Origin: Schmidtea nova
Taxonomy: Eukaryota
NCBI GenBank assembly: GCA_044892505.1
Contig: CM097883.1
Location: 236,654,001-236,718,000, forward strand
DNA length: 64,000 nucleotides
Direction: 5' to 3'
Below, piece after piece: positions 27,301-41,900 of this stretch (position 1 is its first letter; each line of letters begins with the position of its first letter). The translations under genes and the position numbers were made by a program. Under the pieces are notes generated by a model that saw nothing but the letters and a program-made list of their open reading frames with translations, ran no database searches and had not been told where the DNA came from.

Positions 27301-30300
27301 TAAACAACTATCCAATGTTCAACACATAAAGTAGATGATTGAGTATTGACGACTATGGATTGATTGACATCTAAATAAAGGATTTTGTCTAGTGGATATA
27401 CTCCAATAAATTCATTTCCCAATAAATGTTTTCCAATTCGATTAAACTGAATAGAACTAAATAAATAAATTTATTTGATAAATAATAAAACTAACTCCAT
27501 GACAAATTGTTAATTTTGACTTGTACATTTATAATGATAGTTTAAATCAAAACTGTTCGATTAGTAGTAATTTGAATTTCATTTTCAAATACTCCATTTA
27601 TTATTACATGTATTGGTTCCTCAATGGCTTTAGCGAACTTTATATCCAATCTCAAATTTCCATTTTGAGGTAATTGACTTTGATTTAAATCGAAATCCGG
27701 AGCCAAAACAAATGTAAAGAATGGGTATTTGTTTTTAAAATCGGCAATTGTTTTACCACAATTCAAATTCTTATCTAAATATCCCATATTTCTGACCATC
27801 GACTGCATATATGTAGTACAATAATTATCATTTTCGAAATCTTGAGTATATGTTTCTCGATAATCAGTGTTTTTCGATAGAGATAAGGAAGTTACATTGA
27901 AATGTTGGAATTTCGAACTTGATGCATTATATGATCCATTGTATTAAGTTTCACTTTGAAATGCGTTCAGAATAAAATTAAGCATTCTTCGAACGCCGAA
28001 TATTTGTTCTTTGTAGAAAGATGATGCACCTTTACCAATAGCAAATTGCACGATTTCTTTGGTTTTCATTGTATATTTTGTATGTTTTTAATTAAGTTCA
28101 ACTTGATGTCCAGCTAATACAGATGGTTCAACACGAACACGACGAATCATTAATTTTTCATCAACTAATTGACATTTTCGTGCTCCACTTTTAGAATATA
28201 ATGATAATGCAGAATCAGATCGCTTCAGTCTGATGTGAACATTGACACCTGGCAATAAATATTTCAGTTGATTCATGAAATCCAGTTGTAGAGATGAACA
28301 GATTGTGTATAATTTTAAGCCTTTGATCCAGGCTTTTCTCTCATCAGAATCTCCATATCCCATTAGAGTAAGACAAGTTTCTTTGGTATCACCATTATAA
28401 TTTAAAATAGTTTCGATTATTGCCTTGTTTGCATAAGTATTGTTTCCACCTTCAATCTTTATATTATTAAATCCAAGAATTGCATCATTGAATAGAATAT
28501 GAAAAATAAAATTGTTTGCTATAACATTATCAGTTGCTGATAAATCTTTTTTATCAGAATTTACAACTTTTATTTGAACTGTTAGTAAAGTACCATTCAG
28601 ATCCAAATATTCAGATTGAGATCCTTTAATGTAAATAACCACATCATTTTTACCGTCTGTAATAGAATTCATGGGAAATACTTCTTCAAATGCTCCATAT
28701 TAAATGACTGCTTGAGCAGATGGTCGGTCAAAACGACATAATTCAGATTTACCACAAATCATTTTGCAAATATAGTTCCATCTCCTTTCATTCGATTGTT
28801 TATATACCTTCGATGCTTTTTACGTCTAGGCCCCACTTGTTTCGGTTTGGGTTTAGGTTCATCTTCATTAAACATACTTGTTACACCGGGAATCATACTA
28901 GTCACAGTAGGCAGTACTTTGCCAATTTCAGACAAAGCATTTGTTTTCAATGATGGCAATATCTTCTGATCATTCATGATCACATCTTTGGCAGTTTTCA
29001 AACCAAAACTACCTATTTGCTAAAGAATTTGGAGTGCGAATCGCCCTATAGTTTTTAACCAATCTGGTTCATACTGTTTACTGCAAAATAAGGTAATTCC
29101 CCACCAGTTTGGCTATTACTATACAATGGGATTATATCGGAATTAATCATTTAATTTACGAAAATGTAATGTCAAATGTGTTTTTGAATCGTTTGGAAAA
29201 TTTATTAATTTACCACTATCGTCACGTATATTTATTTCTATATTGTCTATACATGAGTTATAAATGGGTAAATACATTGGATTATTCATTACTATTTGTT
29301 CAACTTCATCCTGTTCATATTTTTCGATCCATACAGATTTCAGTAGAGAAACCAGAGAATCGCCGACAATTATTGGTTCAATAATGTTACTGTAAATGAA
29401 CATTTGTTGATGATGAACAAGTATTTTAGGTTTCACAATCCCATCAATAAGGTTTCTATCTCTAAGTGTTTGTTTATTTAATCCTAAAGTATTCACCAAG
29501 TTTTATCGAATGTAACTTCACTAATATTATCATTGAGACTGAATTGAAACCATTTATTAGTCTCTAGAGGTTTAAAGATATGGGAGCAGTTGAATAATAA
29601 ATATTTAGATAAATCTTCCAGTTGCATTATATACAAATCATTTGCAAATGTAAATGTCTCATCAATTTTTGCATCATAAAATATTGTCATCTTAATATAT
29701 TCTTTCAAATAACTATTTGGTTCAAATAACACGAACTTTAATTGATGTTATTTCAGTGTATTTACAATTTTTAGTTGATTACTTCCTATTCGTTTTATTT
29801 CTTCAATATTTTTAAATGTAATTGTATATGGAAATAAATCACAATTAATATTTAAACAATCATTATTGAAATACATACTACAATGAGTATTCAAATTTTG
29901 GTTAGGAATAGTATAAATTCTTTAAAAATTGTTGATGATGAATAGACCATTCTTTTGTAATCAATCTTACATTGACTATAAAATGGAAATGTGTTGTATA
30001 CAAACATGAAATCTTGCAATGCAACTTCCCAATTACCATCTAAATAAATTGCATTTTGAAGATTGACCATGAATTTACTGGCTTGATTATCTGGGTACGT
30101 TAGTGAAGAGCTATTACTTGGTAATATAGTATAAAAATTCACTTTACTAGGTCTTTTGATGATATATATGACGGGTTTTGATAACCATACCACTTTACGT
30201 AGTATTGTTTATCCTTACCCACCATTTTAGTTTTCAATATATTTTGAATTCTAAATACAGTAAGAGAAGGATTAAATTGCAAATTTTGCTCGAACAATTT

Positions 30301-33300
30301 CCCACTAGCTACATTGTTGTCAGAGTCAGAAATAAAATACATGACAGGGTCTTGGCTAGTATTAATATTTGAGATCTTAAATACCTCATCACTCCAATTA
30401 CTTTATGAATGGCGAAGCGCTAATCGTACTTATTCAAACATGATTACCTATTTCATATTTCTGTTTATTTATAATAGTTTTTACTTAACGAGATCCAGTA
30501 TTTTTCGTTGAAACATCAACAGCTCTGAATCTACTAATACCTTTCTGTTACGAATGATTATAATTATGTATTATTTTTGGCAGTACAATAATCCACCTTG
30601 ATGCACAAAATAACTTTTTATTCGATCTTTTAATGTACCATTAAATTGTTCAACGTGGACTGCTTTGAATTGAGAGAACATTGAATAAATGATTAATCCC
30701 GCCGAAAACTTCTTTAACTTTACTATTGTAAAATTCTTTACCTAAATTATAATAAAATGTATAAAATATGTATATATTCTTACCCAAATCAGTTTGTAAA
30801 TTCTTTGGACTACCGGACTTAAACTTAGTTTTGATTGCAACAGCCACTTCATTTGCTTATTTAGTTTTAGTAGGAATAGTCCTAGCATATCTATTGAAAA
30901 CATCGATACATGGTAAAATATATTTATATCCCTTGTTAATATTTGAATAGGGTATCATTTCCATCAAATCCATTTGCCACTAGTCATTAATGCCATATGT
31001 TTTATATGCTCTTGTTGGAAATCGTTTCAAATTTCGAGTTTGATGTGACCCACCCTGATGAAATAAATTCTGAGTAATAAAAATAACTGTAACCCCTTTA
31101 TGCCTAGCGATTTTTGTGAATACATTATTGAAATCCTTCTCTTAATTAGCTTTTTGATAAAAATCATCAATAATAATTACATCAGCACTTCGTTATGTAG
31201 ACCAGTGGTGGCCAACCAAAATCAATCGAATGGCCAAGTTTTCGGAAAAATAATTATCGCAGCCCACAATAAATTTATTCATTATTTTCAGTAAATAGTA
31301 CATAGTATATGTACAATTTTAATGCAATTGCTGCTTCTCAATTTCCTCCGAGAGTTTGGACAAGTTGATCTCACACTTTGTTAAAGAAATTCTCAACTGA
31401 TCACTAAGATGTTTGTCGGCCAATTGTGTGCGATCTTTGCTCTTGATGCGTTTCATTTTTGAGAATAATGCTTCGCAACGATATGTAGTAGGGAAAACAC
31501 TAATTATCTTCAAGGCAAGAGTATTGAGATTCGGGAAACTTTCATTTGTAACAAACCTTTTGTAAAACTCAATTTTAGGCATTTCGTTGAACCAATGTTT
31601 CAAGTCTTCACGAGCTTGAAGATCAATCAATTCCATTTGATACTCAAATGGGGCTTCGTCAGCCTTAACATGGAATGGTGTTAAAAATAAAGCTAATTCT
31701 GTATTAAATTTATCAAATACAGCGAATCTACGTGGTGCGGTCAAAATGTTTCCGGCCTACCCTACTTAACAAATTGATATTTTAATGGAAATAGGTTTAT
31801 TTTATTGGAAATTTATTGACAATTTCATGTTGAAAATCTTATTGACCTAATCCATTTACTTTATCTGTTGCAGATAGAAATGTCCTTGCAAGTGCATTCG
31901 CTGGAAGAAATTGAGTATCGCAGTGCTATTCGCTTTTGTGTTCTTCTCGGTCAAACCAACCAGGAAACCACGGCAAATCTGAATCGAGCCTATGGCGAAA
32001 AGTGTCCCTCTCAGTCTACCATCAAGTTTTGGATTGCTGAATTCAAACGGGGTCGGCAAAGTGTGTCAGATGAGGAACGAGAAGGTCGACCAACGACTTT
32101 GAGAAATGAAGATGTGAAGGAAAAATTGGAGAAAATGGTACTGGAAGATCGCCGTATAACTACCAGGCAGCTGGAAGAATCCCTACAAATATCACACGGC
32201 ACCGTAGTGCAATTATTGAAAGACCTTAACTTCAACAAGGTGGTGTCTCGCTTTGTGCCTTGCTTTTTGACAACTGAGATGTGCAATAACCGAAAGATTG
32301 CGTGTCTCATGAACCTCGCCATTTACCGCAAGTATGGAGAAAGATTTATCCAAAACATCCTCACTGTTGATGAGATACCGTTGCCCCTACATCAGCCTGA
32401 ATCAAAGCGGAGTCTATGGAATGGAGAAAGCCAGAAGAAGGAAAAGTTTGGAAGTCTCGTTCCGGAATGTCGCACAGACGGGAACTCATGTTTACTGTGT
32501 TTTGGAGTCATAAGGGAGTGATCCTCACCGACTTTCTTGAGAAGGCACGGACAATCAGCGGAGAATATTACGGTAATCTCGTTGAGCAAGCTCGTGGAAA
32601 GTGCCGAAAACCAAATGGTCTCCCTCACTGGTTTCAACATGACAATGCGCCAGTTCACACCAGCCGCATTGCTCAAGCAAAACTCAATGACTGTGGCTTC
32701 GAGATCATTAGCCACTCTCCATACAGCCCTGATTTGGCTCCCTCAAATTACTGCCTATTTACGGAATTGAAGAAGCAACTGCGGGGATAGTATTTCATGG
32801 ATGCAGGCGATTTAGAGGAGGCTGTAAATCGGATTTTTGACCAGATCCCACCCTCATTTTACCATGGGGCATTCGAAGCCCTCCCTGGTCGTTAGCAGAA
32901 GTGTGTCGATGCCGGAGGTAATTGGTTCGAGAAGTAATGGTATTGGTATTGATAAAAATATAGTTGTGGTTTCTTGCTTTTACTTTTTTCTGGAGTAGGC
33001 TAGAAACTTTTTGACCGCACCACGTACGTTGGAAATCAAATTTCAGTTCCCGAAGAATATCTGCATAACGACGAAAAGTTTTTGACCATTAACAACCTCA
33101 AAGTCATTTATTAATGGAAAATACAATGCCACATTATTGTCCAACTGCTTGATCCACAAATCTAGCTTTGCAACGAATGATTGAATTTTTTGAAAGTAAT
33201 CTGTTATGAGCTTTCCTTCTCCTTGCAATTCGACATTAAAGCTGTTGAGTTTTTCAGTGATTTCTACTACGAAACATAGATATAGCAGCTACTGTTCATC

Positions 33301-35769
33301 GTAAAGCTCTTTTACATCATCAGCATTTTCAAGCATGAATAATCTAATTTCTTCATGGATTTCGTAAAATCGTCTGAGTGTCTTTCCTCGACTCAACCAA
33401 CGAATTTTCGAAAAATAAATCAAATCTCCATATTCAGCCCGAATTTCATTCAAATATTCTTGAAATTGTCTATGTTTCAGTGCGCTATGTTTAATTTTGT
33501 TAACAGTTCCAACAACGACAGTCATCGCAGTTCCCATAACAACAATCGGGGCGCACAAATTTATAAATGAAGGAAGCAATGAATCGTGAATAGCTTAGAG
33601 ACATCAATATCGTTCTTTTTCAAATGTTAAAGTAGTAAGACTACAGCACCAATGTTTGTTCCGACCATAGCCAGGGCACCGACAATTTGCTATATGGGCA
33701 TTTACGGTTGGCAAGCGAGCAAACAACAACTTCTATGATATCAACTCCTTTGATCGCGTCTTTTAAGGAATGAAGATCCAACAATTCTTCGTAAATGTTG
33801 AAATATTTGTCAATGCCTCTGATAAAGATTCCTAGTTGTGCTGTGTCACTCAAGTCAGTGCTTTCATCGAAAGATATAGAATAAAACGAAAAGTTTTGAA
33901 TCAAATTATTGAGAGTATTGCTTAATTTATCGGAAATCAAATCTACTCGTCGTGTCACCATTGGTCTGGATAAGCTCAACTGTTTAATCAGCTTGATTTT
34001 ATCAGGAAATAATTCTTCGGCGACAGAAATCATACACTCCTTGATAAATTCACCATCAGAAAATGGCCTCATATTTCTTCCAATAATATGTGAGACCTTA
34101 AAGCTAGCTCTGACAATGCTATTTGCCTCATTAACTGGTTTCTTGAAGATCATTTGCTGCGCTCGTAATTTTTTTTTCAGATTAACTAACTTTGCTTTGC
34201 GTTCCTCACCAATAATTTTAGCAAATGAATCGTGTCGTGAAATATAGTGCTGGTTTAAATTGTAGTCTTTCAAGACACTCACAGTTTTGCGAAAATCAAA
34301 CATAAAGCTGAGATTTTTTTTCGATGAAAAAAATATTTTTCTTCCCATTTCTCTTGAAATTTTCGGTTTGGAGACTCATATTTTCTTTTATTGGAACCTT
34401 CTTCAGATGTCATCTAAAATAATATTAATAATAATTTAATATAATATTTAAAACTAGCAACTGTTACTTACTTTTAAAAGTCCTCAAAAGTTTTGGTGTT
34501 TAAAAATGACTTTTACAAAGCGAGGCAGTATGAATAAACTTTAAACTAAAAACTGAACTCGCAAAGCAACAAATATGGCTTTTTTGATTTTTTGAAAAAA
34601 CTTCACCAGTAATCAGCTATAAATTTATTTAAATTATGAATATGATATTGTCATTTGTTTTTAAAGTAAGTAAAATTGCATATAATTTCATTGATTGAAA
34701 ATTTGCGCGATTAATGTATAGGAGAGATGAAACAACAAAAGCTAGTTTCATATTGTTGTTTCATCTCACCTATTGTAGTGTGTAATTGCAAATTACACAA
34801 AGAAATCACTAATTAATGTATTTGAAAAATTACTTTATTTTAACGGATTTTGTAACACAGTCAATCCCGGTTAATATCGCGTCCTTCGTTCATGAAAAAA
34901 AGTCGATATTGATAATGACGTGATATTATCTGATGTAAAATATTTCTTTTGGTTATTGAAATAAATATAACTCGTTTTTACAATTCAAGTAAACTTAGAA
35001 TCAATTTTTAAAATTAAAAATATGCTTAATTTGATTATAAATTCTAAAAAAGCCAATTATTGAGCTGATGTTTAGAATTACTTTGCGGGCCACATCAAAA
35101 CGTTTAGCGAGACACATTTGGCCCACGGGCCACTGGTTGGCCATGGCTGATCTAGACGACCAATTTTTATCGAATCCCTTTATTATTGTCATTTTAATCT
35201 TACGGAATTGATCTTGAGTCATTCGCTGTTCATTATCAGCTCCCCTGTGCCAATAAATTTTGTTAAATTTAGATTTGAGTAATTTTGATTGTAATAATTT
35301 ACAAACAAATAATGTTTTTAGACTTCCACTTGAACCGACAATTTGAAACACTGCATAATGTCTTAACTCCATTTTCAAAATATTAATAGTTTAGTTATTT
35401 TTTGATATTTGTTTTAATTTATTGTTTAACTTTTAAGAAAATTATTTAAAAAATAATCAATCCTATAATGTTAAGCAACATAAATTACAAAGGAAAATGT
35501 TCTGTTTCTATTATGAAATTACCTAGAGGTAAGTCACAGCAGATTGTAGATAGGAGAGGTAAGTATATCATAATATTTTTCAAGTTGGGGTAAATGTAGA
35601 ATAATGGAATGTAAACAACCTCTTAAAGATGAAGATTTATTATATGAAAAATATGATTTGCAAATACAATCGATTACAGTTACTACAAATATTGGAAAAT
35701 GTGTCAATTTACATGAATTGTCACAAAATCTCTCATGTTCTTATGAACCAGAAATATTTCCGGCATTGA

Positions 35770-35838
<69 letters not shown>

Positions 35839-36633
35839 GAGTTATGAATGTTTAGTATCTTGTTGTTGTTATTATTCATTTTTATTATTATCCGTATTTT
35901 TATATCATCATTATAATTATTACGGCAACGGCATTGTACCCCCCTTTTTCGCTAATTTTTTATTATGATTATTATTATTATTATTTTAGTTAAAATTCAA
36001 GTTTTGAATTTTAAAAGCTTACTATAGTAATAAACTATAGTAAGCTGAAAATTAAAATTTTAAAAATTGATGTTAAATTATTGAGACAAAAGTTGTAAAA
36101 TATAATTTCTACTAAAAGATTATCAAAAGAATCTATCAAAACAGAAACTAAAAGAAAACTTTAAAAGAAAATTAAGAATAAATCAGAGACAGTTGAAAAT
36201 TAAATTACTATCATCCGAAACAAAACTAAAAGAACAGAAGCTAAAAGAAAACATTTATAAAACAAGAATCAATCAAAGAGAAAGTTGAGAATTAAATTAC
36301 CATCTTCCCAAATAAATCTAAAGGAACAGGAGCTAAAAGTTATCAAGAATTTTAAAGTAACTTTTCGTGGTTTTTCTGTTTATTTTTCTTTAATAAATTT
36401 GGTAAAGTAATCAATTGTTTATATTATTTGGTTTTTATTTATATTTTATATATTCCATTATTGTAAAATTTTCCACCATAAGCACTTACACAGCAAACAC
36501 CCCGAGTGTCTACACACCGACATTGTAAGACTCTCTCGGGCACTTCAGTATTTCTTTATACCCGCACTCACTACATAAACATCAAAATATATACAACATA
36601 TATAATATAAAATATACAAACATCATAAGTACG

Positions 36634-36717
<84 letters not shown>

Positions 36718-38860
36718 ATAATTTTTTATGTGTCAACTTATTCAACAGTGGCAAAGCTGTTATACTCGGTATAAAAACGTTAAACTATCAACTTTTGGTT
36801 GAAGTAATAATTAAAGATAACAAATCTGTGATTGATGACTTAGAATTCTTGAAATTTGTGCTACTCGTTACGTAATAAAATACATGATTGTGGTTGATTG
36901 TTAGGAAATAAATACTTCATTTTGATTGGATGAAGGTGTGTACGATTTAACAGTATATATATAACAACATCATTTTCATCACATTTATAACAACAGCAAA
37001 AAAGATGTCTCTTAATAAAACCAATGGTAAGGATTGATTTTTATTTTGAAATTTTTATTAAAGCTTTCTTTTGATTTAGGAAAACTAATGAGCGTTCTGA
37101 TTGGAAAAATGGAGGATCTGTACCCGAAACTTATGCGTGAATTGGTTTACTGCGCTGCGGAGCTCTTGTCATATAAAATATTGGCATTAACTGGAATCGA
37201 TCTCAACAAGGTGTTGATCAACCATCAGCATAATCTGGAAGAAGAAGAATGCAGCGCCAGTATTATCTGTGTCTATAGATGCGAAAGTTGCGTATATAGG
37301 ACTCAGAAATATCACAAATAATTGCTATGAGAGGAGTTAAAAACATTTTAGGACAATAAATATTTTATAGTTAAAATATCTTTTTATTTTGTTTTTTATA
37401 AAGTGTTTTTTCTTAAAACGTACCGAGTTATAAAAAATGTTTTGTAGTTAAAATGTATTTTTATTTTGTTAAATTATTTTTTATAAAATGTTGATACTTT
37501 TGAATATATAATGGAAATATAATGNNNNNNNNNNNNNNNNNNNNNNNNNNNNNNNNNNNNNNNNNNNNNNNNNNNNNNNNNNNNNNNNNNNNNNNNNNNN
37601 NNNNNNNNNNNNNNNNNNNNNNNNNNNNNNNNNNNNNNNNNNNNNNNNNNNNNNNNNNNNNNNNNNNNNNNNNNNNNNNNNNNNNNNNNATTACAATAGA
37701 AAAAGAAATTTATAAATAACTTACAATAGATAGACAAAGAAATTGCAGTAGATATATAATATTATTCAGCAACTTGCATACAAACTCAATTATTAATACA
37801 TAACACATATGCAATAGATTTGCAAGACATGTGCAATCGATTTGCAAGAGATGTTCATGAATCTGATTGGCTGCACACAGACGATGACGAGTATAAATAA
37901 GAAAACAAAAATAGTCTTGTTCGTAAAATGCAAAATCTTTTCACCAAATCGAGTCCAATTAAAATGAAACCTGTTAATAACGATACCAAATCAACTCAAA
38001 ACAAATTTGATTTACGACCGGTTCAGATGTTTCACGATTACCAAATGTTTTTATGGTAAACAAAATCCCATTCAAGGTCCCAAATATGGTAAAGCTGTCG
38101 ACTTCACAATATTTCAACTTAATTGGTCAGATTTATAAAGATGGTAATCAATAAAGTGTTGATGAAAATCAATAAGAAATTATCTTGCAATGAAAGAATA
38201 TTTATCAACAATAGGAACACCGAAATTCATCATGAATTTCAATAAGTTGAATTTATGGATAATGAAAATTGGTGTATTGATATATCCATCCAAGGATATA
38301 AAATCGATACAAAAGAATCAATATCTCCAATTTAGAAAATAAAAGCGGTAGAATTACATAGATGGAATCGCATAAATAAAATTGATGTCGTATATATGTG
38401 TATTTATTAATAAATGTTGATAAATTCTCACTTGTTGTTTTTTTAAAATTGTTTTGTAAAATTTTGTTTTTTGAAAAAAAATAAAGTTTTTATGTTTTTG
38501 AAAGATTTTTTGAATTTTTAAAATATTACTTTAAAAAATTGACCTTAGGGTGACTTTGACCTTAACGTGTCCTCAAAATGTCCTTAAAATTTGACCAAAA
38601 AGTGACCTTAAATTTTTTTTATGACTCATCGTGTCTGTGCAAAAAAGTACGCGGGAGTCACTTGATTTTGATTGATGTACACATGTGACGACGTCATATG
38701 TATTTGTTCCCCCGTCGACACTTCCTCCTATTAAATTTAAATCATTTTAAATTATTAAATAATAAATCATTTTTATTAAATTTATATTTTATTTATAATG
38801 ATCAATAGATAATCAAACACCAATAGAAAGTCACTTATATGTATACAACACCTAATTAAT

Positions 38861-38921
<61 letters not shown>

Positions 38922-41900
38922 ATTAAAATGNNNNNNNNNNNNNNNNNNNNNNNNNNNNNNNNNNNNNNNNNNNNNNNNNNNNNNNNNNNNNNNNNNNNNN
39001 NNNNNNNNNNNNNNNNNNNNNNNNNNNNNNNNNNNNNNNNNNNNNNNNNNNNNNNNNNNNNNNNNNNNNNNNNNNNNNNNNNNNNNNNNNNNNNNNNNNN
39101 NNNNNNNNNNNNNNNNNNNNNNNNNNNNNNNNNNNNNNNNNNNNNNNNNNNNNNNNNNNNNNNNNNNNNNNNNNATATACTATCCCATTCGTTAAAAATG
39201 TATATAAAATTACAAAATATTGACTTTGAAAATCTTATAAAAAGTAATTTATCATTTAAATATTAAGTCTCTTTCGGCTTTGAAGTTTTTACAAATTTTT
39301 TTATTTCCATTTTTAGGCATTAGATTAAAAGAAAATTCTATGCAAAACAACTTTTCTGGACTGTCTTTCTATTGTTTATTACCTTTTTAATAGCAGGGCC
39401 GAAACTGCATGTTGATAGTGACTAAAGCGTTCAATGAAATGTTGTCATATTTTAAATTTATTTATTTTATTTTATTATTTATTTATTATTTATTTATTTT
39501 ATTACTCTTTTTTTACTTTAAGAACTCTAAAAATAATTGTCTTCACATGGATATTTCTATCGTCTATCACAAATTAATAAAAAAAAATTATTTTATATTT
39601 TTTTAGTTTGGTATGTATACATTTGAATTACAATCTCCAAACTATAAACGATTTAAAAGAAACACGGAAGAGTTTACTATGGAAGTAACAGTGTCAGCCA
39701 CTCCATCAAAGAACACAAAAAGAGATATAAGTCCTAAGGGAAGAATATCGACTTCAGAGATTGATGAATTGGGAGACAAAACCTCACTTACAGTAGAGGT
39801 TGATTTAACTACTTGTGGGATATTGGCCAAAGAAAATGTTACAGTTATCGTCAAAATAGACAGTCCTAATAAGCCTTTAAAATCACTGGAAATGTTCGAT
39901 GATGGAATCGGTAATTCTGTTTTATTTAATGTAATAAAAATAAAATAAACATGGTAAAAAAGGGATAGAGAGATTCGACAAATAAATAAATGGTTACAAT
40001 TTTATATTTTATTATTATTAAATAAATTAAAAATTTTAAAATAATTTACATTTGCTTTATTTTGGAATTCTGAATAATTTAACATTTAAAACAAAATAGA
40101 ACAAATGAATTCAGCAGAACTAAGTAACAGGAATTGGCAGCAGTCTGAACCATGATGAGAAGGTTTTGACTTAACTTAAAAAGTCAAAATCGACGACTTT
40201 TTATGGAAAGTGTTTCAAATCATTACGGAATGATGGATCATTGGATATGCGATCAGTCACACGTCCGACATAATTTCTGCATTTCTTTTAAAGGAATTGT
40301 GAAACATTTTTGGGAAAAAATACCTTTATTTATGTCTTTGAATTCTTCATATTTTTCCGAGTTATCGTTTTACAATGATGGTTTATCAAACCTTCAGATT
40401 AATCTTTTGATATTAAATACGTTATACGTGTATTTATAACTTCTTGAATCTTAGCAGCATACTCAATTAATTGTCCGTTTACTGTATAGTTAAAATAACT
40501 AAAAACGATTGCATTTATATTAACATTTTTCACACGGATTTATTCCTATTCTAGAATAGGAAGTTACTAAATTTACAAAATTGTTTTCAGTTCTATTGTT
40601 AGGATTGACCAAATATTTTCACTTTGATGAGTAATATGGGTAATGAGCACAAGTCATTTATCCCTAAACTGTATATATGTTACGTTATAATTATATGAGA
40701 GCAAACANNNNNNNNNNNNNNNNNNNNNNNNNNNNNNNNNNNNNNNNNNNNNNNNNNNNNNNNNNNNNNNNNNNNNNNNNNNNNNNNNNNNNNNNNNNNN
40801 NNNNNNNNNNNNNNNNNNNNNNNNNNNNNNNNNNNNNNNNNNNNNNNNNNNNNNNNNNNNNNNNNNNNNNNNNNNNNNNNNNNNNNNNNNNNNNNNNNNN
40901 NNNNNNCTTTTCCCCAGGTTATTGTTATTTATTTATATAACAACAGTAACGTTCAAAATATTTATTATTGCAGAAAAAAATTTATTAAATTTGATTATTT
41001 TTTTATTTAGGTGACGATGCAATAGAAAATGACAAAGTATTTACCAGAACGTTATACGCACAAGACTTGGGAGATTTCGGATTCTTCAGCTTTAAGTCGG
41101 ATATTACAATTAATAATACCTTAACTGGAGGTAAAATATTATTATTTAACTAGTTGAAATTATGTAAATAATATTAATAATAGATCATTATTATCTCATA
41201 TTTTCGCCTTTGATAATTTCGTTTCTTTTTCAAAGATTTTCATTTCTTATAGAATAAATAAAAATTTTACAAGAAACATTAAAAAACTTTAAATACACTT
41301 TATTCATAATGGATTACAGAAAAATTTCTAACTAAATATTTTTTGAAATAATACTACCACAATGCACGCAACATTAATAGACACAGACAAATAGACAATA
41401 TATTTACGATTTCTTTTGTTAAATAACACGAAATTTAATAAAAGATTATCAGTAATATAGACTTTCCTGTCCACATTTATCCAACTTTTATCAATTCTGC
41501 CCCTTTAAAATTAAAACTTTGTAAGTCGTCAATATAATATATCTTTAAACATGACTTTGCCTTTTTAATACTAGATGCTTTTGCTTTTCGAAAAACAGTT
41601 TATAAACTTATCTATCTAAAAATGTTATTATTCACTTAAGTCAAAAATTAGTGTAATTTATCAAACGCAGATGGGACTTTAACAAANNNNNNNNNNNNNN
41701 NNNNNNNNNNNNNNNNNNNNNNNNNNNNNNNNNNNNNNNNNNNNNNNNNNNNNNNNNNNNNNNNNNNNNNNNNNNNNNNNNNNNNNNNNNNNNNNNNNNN
41801 NNNNNNNNNNNNNNNNNNNNNNNNNNNNNNNNNNNNNNNNNNNNNNNNNNNNNNNNNNNNNNNNNNNNNNNNNNNNNNNNNNNNNNNNNNNNNNNNNNNN

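Larger units (their letters stand above)
31030..35372 (-). pseudogene. Packaging ATPase of Polinton B, split by a hAT insertion
   Basis: 35372-35150 [17 protein letters not shown]; resumes 31202-31030 IIIDDFY..FITQNLF; colinear with 62704-63327. Confidence 0.88.
22698..38732. mobile_element. Polinton/Maverick copy B, both ends present, decayed
   Basis: 5'-AGTAGGAGG..CCTCCTATT-3' termini; 6-bp TSD AAATTT (22692-22697, 38733-38738); TIRs >1.3 kb. Gene order TIR-polB-protease-MCP-pX-like-penton-INT-ATPase (minus), then TBP-Cys gene (plus), TIR. Confidence 0.93.

Noticed and set aside
38862-38930. IYIY-repeat ORFs (also the tail of 35604-35834)
   Set aside because: Translation of (TA)n microsatellites.
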